DNA of 64,000 nucleotides from Calcarisporiella thermophila CBS 279.70 (GCF_041956535.1 NW_027192201.1:486206-550205); one strand, 5' to 3'; shown: positions 41,662 through 53,852, counted from the first letter of the stretch. The notes: generated by a model from the sequence alone, not told the origin. A program made the numbers and translations.

Positions 41662-42366
41662 ATGTCACAGAAGAAAATCCTATCTTCATTTGATGTTTTT
41701 AATGCTATTAAAAACGGCGACGAGGATTTAATCAATTCATACTTTCTCAGCGATGGAGACGCAATAGACAGTAAAGGATGGACACCGCTCTTTTATGCCG
41801 CGTTGGAAGGAGACTTCAGGATAGCAAAGTTGTTGATTATGCGTGGTGCGGATGTCAATGCCGTAGATAATCGCGGATGGACGCCACTTTTCTGTGCCTC
41901 GTCAAAAGGACACCTCGAGATCGCAAGGCTGTTGATAGTTTGTGGGGTAAATGTCAACGCCGTAGATAATCGCGGGTGGACACCACTCTTCTGTGCTTCG
42001 TCGGAAGGACATTATGAGATGGCGAAGCTGCTGGTATCACGTGAGGCGAACGTCAACGCTATAAGCAATCGCGAGTGGACGCCGCTTTTCTGCGCTTCAT
42101 CGGAAGGACACTTCGTACAACATTATACGAAAATGATCAAGAATGCACCAAAAATTGCGAAAAAGGCAGGATTAGCTACATATGAAAGAGGAATGCGACA
42201 GAATTTTATGGTAGATGGTAGATATTCGCTATCTCTTTTCAACTTCACCAGGCGAATTAGCTTTCCTCCATTTAGCATGGCTCGCTTAACCCAATATTTT
42301 AGTATGAATACTCTATATTTTTACAATATCTTTTCTGTCCAATTTTTCGAGATTGTGATACTGTAA
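41662..42366 (+). CDS. Ankyrin-repeat protein, fourth repeat truncated (possibly pseudogene or mis-spliced ORF)
   Basis: 99-bp/33-aa repeats GWTPLF(Y/C)A...GH.E.A.LL...GA.VNA.DN x3 plus a partial fourth ending SEGHF, followed by non-repeat sequence. Confidence 0.8.
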   Translation: MSQKKILSSFDVFNAIKNGDEDLINSYFLSDGDAIDSKGWTPLFYAALEGDFRIAKLLIMRGADVNAVDNRGWTPLFCASSKGHLEIARLLIVCGVNVNAVDNRGWTPLFCASSEGHYEMAKLLVSREANVNAISNREWTPLFCASSEGHFVQHYTKMIKNAPKIAKKAGLATYERGMRQNFMVDGRYSLSLFNFTRRISFPPFSMARLTQYFSMNTLYFYNIFSVQFFEIVIL

Positions 42367-42510
42367 AACTATTTATGTATTTGCTATATTTCCATTTATA
42401 TTTCCATCAAATGCGTATTGTAAGAGGAATTAGGTGTATATTGCTGTATATTTTTTACAATACCTTTTCTACCCATTTTTTCGCGGCTGTGATACTACAA
42501 AATTATATAT
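42314..42510 (+). repeat. Degenerate ~60-bp direct repeat pair (about 42314-42376 and 42447-42510)
   Basis: ttttacaatatcttttctgtccaatttttcgagattgtgatactgtaaaactatttat vs ttttacaataccttttctacccattttttcgcggctgtgatactacaaaattatatat. Confidence 0.7.
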
Positions 42511-42882
42511 AAAAAAATAAATGAGCAAATTATGGCGGTATATTTTGTAACGATGTTGACGTTGATATAATTTACTTGTAAGAGCAAGTAGGCAGTAAGC
42601 AGTATAATACTGTATTATTAAACAATTAGTTCAATATTTTACATCCTATGAAAATACTCAGCAATGTTTATCAGGTTAGGAATCTCGTAGACACTTTAAG
42701 CAATTAAAAGATATGAAACTGGGCATTTGAATATTTAAATAATTCAACTTAAGCATATTAACAATATCTCAAAAGCTATCTGCATAAGTTGGGGGTAAAA
42801 GATGACTCATCTTGTTTAGTTGAGGGCCAGGTTCTATCGTTCCCCTTCTGACGACTACGCCGTGATAGCCCTCCGCCGTCAT

Positions 42883-44411
42883 TTAGAAGCGAAGGTGCGG
42901 GATAAGCTCCCCCCACTCCGTCTCACTCAAGCTCTTTTCCACCCCATATACATTGACACAAAGATAAGACCATGAAAATGCACTCAGGATCCACAGAATG
43001 GCTAGCACAACACTTATCAACCTTCTCTGTACACTTCTGTAAAACCGGAAGCGAAATATACGAGCATAGACCACGCCCATGAATATGCTGAGGCCACATA
43101 AAGCAAGGCATATGCAGGTCACGTATAGTTTGAGGCGAGGATATACCCCTCCGGCAGGCAGATACGGCCACGACACGATATCCGGGTCCATAGCATCGTT
43201 GATGGCAGAGGGTGGTTTGAAAATTAACCAGCAGCCAAAGGCTAATCCGCCAACCACTATTGCGTATAAAGTCACAAAAACGAACCAGCCCGTAAGGTTT
43301 TTAAATTTGGATAGAATACGAGCGGCCTCACTCTTTGCATATTCTGTAGTGAGATTAGGCCCTTACGCGTCATCATTGGAAGATCCTTTCCATCGTCCAC
43401 TATCACCTCTCGCTTCATGCCAGGAGGCAACCACCGGTTATTCAGTCTTAGCACCGCTAACCCGCCGTGTTTACGCCAGATAGACACCATCACAAGCTGT
43501 ACAAGCGCGGCAGGTAAAGCAAGAATGGCCCAGACCCCGATAAATGGGGGTGGCTTTTGTTGGTGTAGTCGAAATATGGCGCTCAATGCAGCGCCTAGCA
43601 CTTGCATTGCTCCTGCAGCAGCAAACACTCTTCCTGCAATCTCGCGCCAACTTAACGCGCCCTCAGGTGGCGCAATGAGCACCTCAGCCAGTACTTGCGC
43701 CTCTATGGCAGAAAGTAGCCTGACCAAACACGCATTTTCAGGCCATCCGTCAAGGTGGGTCAGGCTATCCCATATTTTATTCCACAGTTTGACTTTTTCT
43801 GCCAGCTCTTTTTTAATCGAATACTCGTGCCCGCACCTATGGCAAAAGACAAGTACTTCCCGATTGAATGCTCGGGAGATGGACCCTAAAAGGGCATCCT
43901 CTGCAACATGGCAGAGGCGATACGGAGTGCAGTATGTAATATGCTCCCTGGCCTCGCCTTTATGTTCACTGCAGTCCATGATGAAGGAATCTCGCTGTGG
44001 CTTGGCCCTCACGAGTAATAACTCATCGCAGGGCATGTCATCCGCGGTCAACACCAGGATGCTTTGCATACTAATAATGCGTTTAAAAACGTCCCCATTA
44101 TTTTTGCTTTTTTGCCACGCTATTAGACGAATCAGTAAGTTCAGGAACAGTTGGCCAGGCTGGAACGCAGAGGCGAGTATGGATTCAGCATTCTCCGAAC
44201 TAAAGACGGTGTTTCCGAGTCCCCCGATAGCCAACAGAGTAGCCAGAGTATGCCACAGTAGGGCGATCACATGCGGAAGGATTTCATAATAGGGCTTATC
44301 CTCCCCCCAGCTTATTCTCTCTAGTCCCACTGCGGGATTTGCTTGTAGGATTAGCGAGAGGCCCAGTAGTTTGAGCCACGACGAATATCCCAGTTTATAG
44401 TTGATATTCAT
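42883..44411 (-). CDS. Orphan multi-pass membrane protein split over two reading frames (frameshift or 23-nt intron at 43366-43344)
   Basis: Signal-like N-terminus, hydrophobic segments in both ORFs (44429-43272 and 43275-42883), Cys/His-rich soluble region (FCHRCGH). The second frame is open from 43362. Confidence 0.55.
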
Positions 44412-45953
44412 GATTATCTGTCTCCTCACAACGAAAAAAAAATCCTTATACTCTTCTCAACGCTTGCAGCCTTGCCCCTGCCGACAAGTTGATCCGTGAC
44501 GCTGTGTACTAACTGGCAACTCAAGAGAGTTTGAAAAAATTAACAGCAATAATATGGGACAAAATCAGCTTCTGATAGCCAAAGGTTAGGAAGAGGTGTT
44601 GCGCGTAATATTTAGATGTTTATCAACTACTTCAATGGGAAAAGAAAATATTTATACCAAGTTTCTTGATGCAATATATATTGAAATGGCATACGAAATA
44701 AAGTTGAGGTGTTTCACAGCCACGAAATATAGTAAATAGCTGAAGATGTTTCATACTTTTCTATTGTTATTTCCTCGATGTATTATCACTATATCATCCT
44801 CTTTTTCGATGGAATAGTTACAAACATGTCGAAGCTGCTAAATATCAATGGTTTCGAATGATTTTAGCACTACACATTATACTGTTAACAAGTAGTGATT
44901 TCCCTTTGGTGTGTAGATATAATTGGGGCGTAAGGTTAGACTTTGCGCATACCCCGTTCCCCTATGACCAATATCTTCATCAAATGCGTATTTTAAGAAG
45001 AATAATAAGCCGCAAGTAAAAAGTAAATGGCGTAAAGATGCCGCATGAGCAGCCCATAGATACAATTTATATAAGCGAGGAATTGAATTCGAGAGCAGAT
45101 ATTTGCGTAGTATTTAGAGGTAAATGAAATTATCCCTGAAAGTAGTGCTTGTTATTTCATACATATCGGTAATGAAGTACAGACTGTACTTAAATTTTCC
45201 TTAGGGCAATTGCCTCTTTGCTTGGCCCTGCAATGTAGGATGTTCGACTTGCGCCTCAAAAGACGAGCCCTGTCGAGAACTTTCTTCAATGCTCGTTTGC
45301 CCGAATTTTTGTCTCCGAAATATCTATACGGTTCATTTTTTGATTACCAATGCTTTGTCTATCACATTTCCCAAAATTCAACCTTTGCCGTGGTCCATTG
45401 TCATATAGCGGAGATGTTTTAGGTCATATTATTGTTTTTCTATGAGCATATCTCTCTACAAAAAAAAACATCTCAAGAAAACCAGTTAGAAAATATAAAT
45501 AAAACCGTGGTTTACCCAGATAAAGTCAGCTAAGTTTGTTAAAAATAGGGGCGTAAGACGGTAAAAATGGATATTTTGAATAGTGATTTTTCACTTGACA
45601 TTAACTAATATACTTCCTTCGAGTTGCAAGTAATTATTGCCATAAGGTAGAAGCGGATTTGAGATAATCCAAATTTCACGGCTGAAAAGTAACCTTAAAT
45701 TAAGTCTTAAAAGCTCTCAACAGAAGAGGACCGCGATCGTGTGACAAAACTGGTTGCGTGAAATATTAGGTGTGGGATGTTAATTCAGTAGAATATTAAA
45801 TCTTGATATTACTTGATATTGTTCCGTAGAGAGCCATGGCTTCTTACACCATATCTCCTGGATAAAAACTCATTATATTTTCACAAAGCAAGAGCACTTT
45901 TTTTCATTTTCCCGCTTCCCTTTGAATTATTTCAAATATCAAGGCTCCTTCTC

Positions 45954-46259
45954 ATGGACCAATATCATCCAGCTTTCGATGAATTCATTAGTTTCCTCGC
46001 AGCACCTTTCTCTGCAGAAGAATCTTTGTCAGTCATATCAGCAGCAAACAGATGGAGAGAAACGTTGAATGGGCTTGAAAGAAATCAAAGCGACCATAGT
46101 AACAATTCTTCTAGTAACATAAATTTTACATCTACTCTCGCTCGCTCAGGAAGCGGTTTGGATCATCTCAATACAAATCAAGAAACACCAGAAACTATTT
46201 TGCAAGATCAATGTAGAGACCAAAGAAGTTCCGATATTGATTTTGCGAGTAAGTTATAG
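45954..46259 (+). pseudogene. Orphan exon-like ORF (MDQYHPAFDEF...) ending at a GTAAGT donor just upstream of the TIR element
   Basis: About 100 open codons, then gtaagt at ~46248. No intact downstream exon recognised. Confidence 0.3.
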
Positions 46260-46275
46260 TTATATAATGATAGCG

Positions 46276-46795
46276 CTTGGTATGGACCTTAATAAACCCT
46301 ATAGCTCACAAGTACAGTACATTGCCAACAGATCTATCGTTATACGTCGTAAAACGGAATACAGTTTCATAGTTTAATATTTAGTGCAGTTACTTTAGAT
46401 GTATTAATTTCTAAAGTTATTGCGCGATACAACCTAGATCAGTCGAAGCAATAATTAAGTTTACCGCAACATTGATATAGCCTTTTTTTTACCAAAAATT
46501 TAGGCTTTCTAATGCCATGTTCTCCGTTCACTTCCTTCTAAAATGATTCGATAATTGTTTGGTTAACTGGCATATCTTGTAACAAAAGGTGCATATGAAA
46601 ATTGACTCAGTATTCATGCGGCACTTGCTTGTGCATTACTTACAAAATCAATATTGGAACTTCTTTGGTCTCTAAAGCAGCTGTACTAAATATTAAACAA
46701 TGATACTTTATTCCATTTTACGACGTATAACGATAGAACTTGGTATGGACCTTAATAAACCCTATAGCTCGCAAGAACAGTACATTGCCAACAGA
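46276..46795 (+). repeat. 57-bp direct repeat (46276-46332 and 46739-46795) flanking the TIR element
   Basis: cttggtatggaccttaataaaccctatagctc(a/g)caag(t/a)acagtacattgccaacaga, 55/57 identical. Confidence 0.9.
46333..46737. mobile_element. Non-autonomous MITE/foldback-like element, 405 bp, 67-bp terminal inverted repeats
   Basis: 46333-46399 vs reverse complement of 46671-46737 match at 60/67 positions. AT-rich non-coding interior. Confidence 0.75.
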
Positions 46796-47065
46796 GTGGT
46801 GTGAAAGGTATACCACATTATGAATTATATTGGAATCGAGATTATATTCTTAAAGTACAATATTTATTTTTAGTTAAGTAGAAAATATAGAAGCACTCAG
46901 AGGTTTATGTTCGCGATTCACTGTGCCCGATATTTTCTAAACACTTGAAATATCCAGTTTTTTTGTAGGGATATCTGGCTATTAAGCTTACCTGAGAATT
47001 ATCGCTTCCGGATATTATATCCTTGATAAGTCTAGATTTGTATGAGACTCCGAAATCTCAGTAAA

Positions 47066-47106
47066 CGCCTAGTTCCTCGTCAATGATATTGAGGAGGAAC
47101 TAGGCG
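47066..47106. repeat. 41-nt near-perfect palindrome/hairpin
   Basis: cgcctagttcctc-g-tcaat-gat-attga-g-gaggaactaggcg: 13-bp plus 5-bp stem, one mismatch, 3-nt loop. Confidence 0.8.
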
Positions 47107-47645
47107 ACTCAACATAATATGTTCGGAGACGATACAACTATGCGCCCAAACCTCAATGCTCATTTTGTAAAATGGGATCAGTGACTGCTCTTTGAAAAGC
47201 GGCTCTTCCCAAAAATGCCGATTCGCACCTTCTGACATTTTGGTTTCCTTGCCAATCAATTGGTCCTATTTTTCTTGTGCCTACCATAGGGACAAACACT
47301 GATTCCCCCACACGTATCCCCCCTAAATGGACCTCCGCCTGCGTTTGAGGAACCCGCTCTTCCTGCCCTCCACAAAACGGACTCAAATTGCCTGAGATGA
47401 GATGGCAATCAGACGTGGTTTCAGAATTTACAAATATTTTAAATAAACAGAGTCATCGCTATTTTTTTTTCTTTTGTCAAAGACGCTAAAGACTTTTGAG
47501 CTTTGTCTTTACTTTTTGACCAAAACTTGCAAATTACCCCCATTTTCCTCTGCAAATTTGTACCATATTTATTTCTTCTCAACTCCTCACTCTTCTTCGC
47601 TCTTCTCTTTCTCTCACCATTTTTGAACTTCTTCGTTAAGCAAAA

Positions 47646-48090
47646 ATGCCGCACTCCCAACCGTCATTATCCACCTCTCCGCTTGCTCTCAAGAAGCCCA
47701 CCCATTTCGAGAGCATTCCTTCCTTCCCTGCCACCCTTGGTGGTGACTGGCACGTTCTGAAGCGGGACCCTTTGCACGCCCTTATGCGCTTCACATCTGG
47801 CCGTGATTTGGTTAGTTGTCCTACTCTAAACCTCTCTCCCTGATGGCATCGTCTTATCATTGGATTTATATTAGCCTCCTCATCACCACCCCTTCAACGT
47901 GGAGATCCATGTGCTGTCCGGCCATGTTCTCCTTGATACTGACAGCGAAAGCTGGAGCCTCGAGCCTGGCCATCGTGTTGCCGTGCCTGCCCACTGCGTG
48001 CACAGTATACGAGTGCTCATCGATGCTTGCCTGGAAGTCACTGCTGATGCAACGCAGTTTGAAGTGTTCTGGGATTTCGAGGAGCGTTAG
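47646..48090 (+). CDS. Small monocupin (cupin_2-like) metal-binding protein, intron 47811-47874 (~126 aa)
   Basis: Spliced ...MRFTSGRDL|PPHHHPFNVEIHVLSG...LEPGHRVAVPAHCVHS gives cupin motif 1 (HxH...E...G) and motif 2 (G-x5-P-x4-H). Confidence 0.75.
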
Positions 48091-48702
48091 ACGGCAGCCT
48101 TTATGAAAATGATATTGCTATTGCTTGGTTTCTATTTATATGGACTTTATTTTTTTTTTAACGCACAAAAAATGCTAAAAATATCTATGGAATATTGAAA
48201 AGATTCATGAAATCCCACGCTTCGTTTTCTTAGTTCCGATTTTTTTCTTTTTCGTTTTCTTTGGTGTATCATATATTATAGAGCTCTCTTCAAAGACCAT
48301 AAAAAAACAGAGAATGCTTCCATTCTTTCTTCTGTATTGAAACCAGGGCTGGCCTTTGGAGTAAAGAAATTAACGTATATTTAAAGGTATTTTTATTTGT
48401 ATTTTCTGTTTTATCTGTTTTTTTATTTTTATTTTATTTATATATTTTTTTTTATTTAATAAATGTTCTTTTTTTCCTTCTCTGTTTTACCCTTTTTTCC
48501 CCTTTTTTCTAACCAGCGTTTTTATTTTTCCGATGGAAAAGTCGACGATTCAACAAGAGCCTAATAAAAGATCGCATGCATACACTTACAAAAAAAACCC
48601 CCAATTTCTACGTTGAATGATAAAGAAAAATAAAAAAATAATAAAAAAGCATTTATATATTACAATTCACACCTAAGAAAAAACTGCTATTTATAATGAG
48701 AA

Positions 48703-50250
48703 TCAAGGCGACAATTCCTTAGTCTTCCCTTGCCGTACCAACCGACTCATCCATCGCGCGGCCCGCTTGAATGGGGCCAATGGATGCACCGGCATCAGCA
48801 GAGAAGAGGAGCCGGGCGAGGGGACGATTTCAATGGTTGCGTAGGGAGGAGGCAGTCCAGCATGTGGAGCTGAAGGGGTGGGCGATAGAGAATGCCTCGC
48901 AAAGCTCCCCATCTCCATCAACTGTCTGCATCCCCCTACGATCACAACTAGAGCAAGCAGATAGCCTGCCAGGCTGATCAGCCCACTGCACTCACCAAAG
49001 ACAACCATCCCGCTCAGCGTTACCGTGGACACATGGGCTGCGTAAAACATCGGCTGAAACTGGGTGAGTTTGTAGCCCTGGAGTGCAAGTTGTTTGCACA
49101 GCTCCATGAGCAGCACGGAGAGAAGAAGGGTAAATACGAGAAGAACAATATAGCTTGCTATGGAGGTGGAGCTGGGGGGTGGAATGAGGATGAGTGGGGT
49201 GGTGGTTGCATTAAAGAGCTGCGATTGTGTAGGGTTTGTAACGGTGGAGAGGAGGTCTTCCTCCTTGAGCTCCTTTACGATGTCAAGTGGTGCACCGGTG
49301 ATGTTTAGCGGAGAGTGGAAGGCACCCACCGCCCAGCACTTTACAAAAAGGGCCAGAAATTTTGCAGACACGACCACAACGGCCCCGAATAGGGCCGTCG
49401 AGAGCACATAGAGCCCTAGTAGAATGATTCTCCCGTGATTCATTGCGCCAATGGGCTTAATTCGCGAGGAAGACCCAAGAAGGAGCCACTGGCGATACCG
49501 CACTATGTGATAGCATAGAAAAACTTGCACCGCGAGTACAAAAACTGCCCACCAGACTACGTTCCACCGCTGCAAGTAAGCAACCACATCCGCCACGCTT
49601 ATAATATCATCTCTTGATGCGTGTGTGGCCACAGTGAGCATAAGGGCAACACCACTCAAACAAAGTGCATATCCTCTTCGCTGTCGCCGGCTTATCTTCT
49701 CGTTGAGTAGCTCCTGTGCCAGAAGAGCATTAACTATAACGCCGACGATCCCAAGAGGAGTCACTACCGAGGCTGGTACAAGGGAGAGTGCAATCCAATT
49801 CCCAAAAATTTCTCCTCCATAACCGCAAGCTATCCCAATCCACCATAAGCGGTCTCTGAATCTCGAGTACGCACCATGCGAGGGAAACCAACCTCCAGGG
49901 GATAATAGATTATCGGATGTGTGAAGTGAAGACGCGGACGCCGTGTCGACTATGGCACGATCCCAAAAGTCATGCAACCAGGGCGGCCACTGTCCAAGTC
50001 GTTTTCCGCTACCGTTGCTCTCATCCTGCCGACTGATTTCCTCTTTTTCTTGTAGTAATTTCTCTCGAATTAGAGTATCGACAGTGCCTGGTGCGGAGGA
50101 GGAGCGCGGACGTAAGGGGCGGTGGGGAGAAAGGCGCCGACCGGTGATGCCTCCTTTGGAGCGCATCAAGGCATACTTTTGGAAACAGTTGCCTAATCCA
50201 ATTGCAATGTGCCCAATTAGTGAAATAAGAATTCCAACAAGGATGGTCAT
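48703..50250 (-). CDS. NIPA-family Mg2+ transporter-like membrane protein
   Basis: GILISLIGHIAIGLGNCFQK, LWWIG...GEIFGNWIALSLVPASVVTPLG, LLNEK, ~9 TM segments. Likely start MTILVG. Confidence 0.8.
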   Translation of the reverse strand: MTILVGILISLIGHIAIGLGNCFQKYALMRSKGGITGRRLSPHRPLRPRSSSAPGTVDTLIREKLLQEKEEISRQDESNGSGKRLGQWPPWLHDFWDRAIVDTASASSLHTSDNLLSPGGWFPSHGAYSRFRDRLWWIGIACGYGGEIFGNWIALSLVPASVVTPLGIVGVIVNALLAQELLNEKISRRQRRGYALCLSGVALMLTVATHASRDDIISVADVVAYLQRWNVVWWAVFVLAVQVFLCYHIVRYRQWLLLGSSSRIKPIGAMNHGRIILLGLYVLSTALFGAVVVVSAKFLALFVKCWAVGAFHSPLNITGAPLDIVKELKEEDLLSTVTNPTQSQLFNATTTPLILIPPPSSTSIASYIVLLVFTLLLSVLLMELCKQLALQGYKLTQFQPMFYAAHVSTVTLSGMVVFGECSGLISLAGYLLALVVIVGGCRQLMEMGSFARHSLSPTPSAPHAGLPPPYATIEIVPSPGSSSLLMPVHPLAPFKRAARWMSRLVRQGKTKELSP

Positions 50251-51043
50251 CGAAAATAATGTAAAGAGAGAATAGAATGTGAAGATCTTTGCATGTATAG
50301 CTATATATGTTAAGAGAAGGATGGAAGCATTGGAGAGAGGTTTAAATAGGGAGGGCCGATTGAGATCTCTAATAGATGAAAAACAAAAAAAAATTAAGAG
50401 TTTTAACACCACTACACTGCGGAGAGAAAAAAAATAAATCATAAATGTTATTTCCATACACAAAATGCCGCTCTGGGTCATAAATCAATAACCGCACTCC
50501 ACTCGTTGCCCCCTCTTGGAAAAAAAGGTTGCCACACCTATTGCAATAAAAATATTGATGCGAAATTGGAAGGGCTATGCTCCCCATCCAAGGATTATCC
50601 TGAATGCAATCCATCTTTTGTCTTCTATTCTCTCATTTTAAAGACGCCCTTAATGTGTTTCATTAGTGTGAGCTAGCTCCAATAGCAGGGCAAGGAAAAA
50701 GATTATAATTTTTATAATGTAAGGAACATCGCTTGCTAATATTCTACGAAGTCTCAGCTGGATGTTTTGATGGCCAGTATTACAAGGTGCTAATCAGATT
50801 TTCCATGAAGGATGAACAAGTTTACATTCTCGGATGCTAATAGGCTCTAAAGATTATGGTTGTTTTGTTTAAATTTTCTTTAAAAATTTACAACGAAAAA
50901 AAAAAGAATAGGATCGAGACATAGAAGATGCAAAGGAAGAACTTTTCGGAAAAAAAAATATAAAGTATAAAGAGCAGTCGCCAAAAGATCAAGGGGATAG
51001 GTAGAGCATGATCGATACCGGGGGGAAATCGACGGATTGTTTT

Positions 51044-51840
51044 CTAAGCTTCAAATTCGCGAGCCTTTCCGGTCACTACAAGTCCAATAATCAATCCAAA
51101 CAGTCCCAGCACGCTTCCAAAGATCTCCACCACCAGAATTCTAACAAAGAGGGATGCATCTTGTGCATCCGCAAGAGCAGCGCTGCTCCCAGTCACCCCC
51201 ACAGCAACACCGCAGAGCAAGTTGCATAGGCCCACAGTAAGGCCTCCCCAAAACAGCGAGTATCCTAAAGAGAAACAACATTAATCCAATTCACAATCGT
51301 ACCGGAGTAGAGAAAATTACCTGTATAATAGTTCGATTTGCTATAGAGATCAGGCCCAGAGATGCTCTGAAGTTTTGAAGAGTATACGATTGCCATGATG
51401 ACACCATAAATAGCGACAACTTCACAGAAAATAATGCTATAGGATGATATTATTAAGATGTGAAGAGAGGTGCGAAATCCGTTTATCATACCTGATAAGA
51501 TTCTTGGTTTGAATCCTAGGTGTTTTTACACCGCCACCAATGATGGTGCTCCCTGTTATAAAAATGCCCCTAATTGTATTCAATAAGATCGAGCATTGTG
51601 AGCATCGAATAAATAAAGTGTTGGAAGAGAACTCGAAGTGTATTGTTACCATGCAGCCCCCGTAACGCTCAGTCCAACGCAAAGGGACATTCCCAACACA
51701 GCCCACGAGTATGGACTTGTGGCTAGCAGAAAATGACCGACATCAAAATGTGATGCGGAGTTCGTGAAGAGCATGTAAAGTGCCGTGCTCACGAGCACAA
51801 ATAAGAGCACGATGAACGTGATCGAGGTTAGAGAGATCAT
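51044..51840 (-). CDS. VMA16: V-ATPase V0 proteolipid subunit c'' (4 exons)
   Basis: LSVTGAAW|GIFITG...[15 protein letters not shown]|[36 protein letters not shown]. Confidence 0.95.
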
Positions 51841-52269
51841 CCTGCAAGATCGCCAAATCGTAAAACAAGCAAATTCCTGGGTAGAGATTGGAAACAAAGG
51901 ATCGAAGGCGAAGAGGGAATGATTCGATCTTGTTGAATGTGGATGTTATATTTTTTTACAAATACAGGTGCTCCGGGCTCAATTCGCGTTTTGTCTTGGG
52001 AGTGACGTTGCAGATTCAATCTGGTGCAAAATGAAAGTGTCCGAGAGGGAATTTTGGGTGGACCACAAAATTCGAAGCAATTTTATCAGTCAATTCCTGC
52101 CCTAGATATATCTACAGAGAAATCATAAAAGACATGATGGCAAACTCGACATATAAAAGTATATAATGTAAACGTTAATAAACACTGCCCAGCATATTCT
52201 TTTAAAGAAGTAAATATTTTCAAAGATACAAAGGAATTTTTATGTGGCATAAGAGCGGAAAAGCCTTGC

Positions 52270-53245
<976 letters not shown>

Positions 53246-53852
53246 GGTTAAAACTTGGAATCGGGCTGTGTTGATTCTGTTGGGGTAGTGGGTTTTTCGA
53301 GGGAACAAGGGCACTTTTATACCAGTCCCCCCAGGAGTCACGCCCCAACTCGACGAAAAAGATTAGATTTTACGATAACTGGCCGAGAACGGAGAGTCGC
53401 AGTCAAGTGTCGTGAGAAAATCTTATGGTTCTCTTGCATTTCGTCGCTAGACTTTTTTTTCGGGAAAAAAATCCACGATCATAAGATTTCATTTTCATAT
53501 TTAATTTGACAACTCGAACCGCCCCTTCATTTAATTCTTTCTCGTTTATTATTTTTTTTTTTTTGGACACTTTGCAGCTAGTAAGAGTGCTCATCTTGAT
53601 GACCAAGTGTGAAGTATTTTAAAACTTTTTCTGTTCGATTCGAAAGACGCGTTGCTCGAATAATTTGCAAAGTCGAGGATTGTGTTCACCACGGGATGAA
53701 AACAGTGGCGGGATTTTTCTATGGTGATTTAATGGACGTAGGGGATCTCCATTTTTGTGCTGATTGTGCAGATTTTGTGTCGCTAGATACGGATTCTCAC
53801 GGAATTGATAAGTCAACGAAAGTCATAATGCAGAACCTCCCTCTCCAATTAT

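Noticed and set aside
42802-42810. Perfect ATGACTCAT site (another at ~4163)
   Set aside because: Lies between convergent 3' ends (and in an intron, respectively). Consistent with chance occurrence.
43417-44289. 290-aa plus-strand ORF antisense to the membrane-protein gene
   Set aside because: S/A-rich mirror translation. The minus strand has a signal-like N-terminus and coherent TM pattern.
46276-46795. CRISPR-like or LTR interpretation of the direct repeats
   Set aside because: Only two copies 463 bp apart, eukaryotic context, no cas genes, no TG...CA ends, PBS or PPT.
47041-47110. tRNA or other structured ncRNA suggested by TTCG-containing hairpins
   Set aside because: No cloverleaf, acceptor stem or A/B box arrangement can be built.
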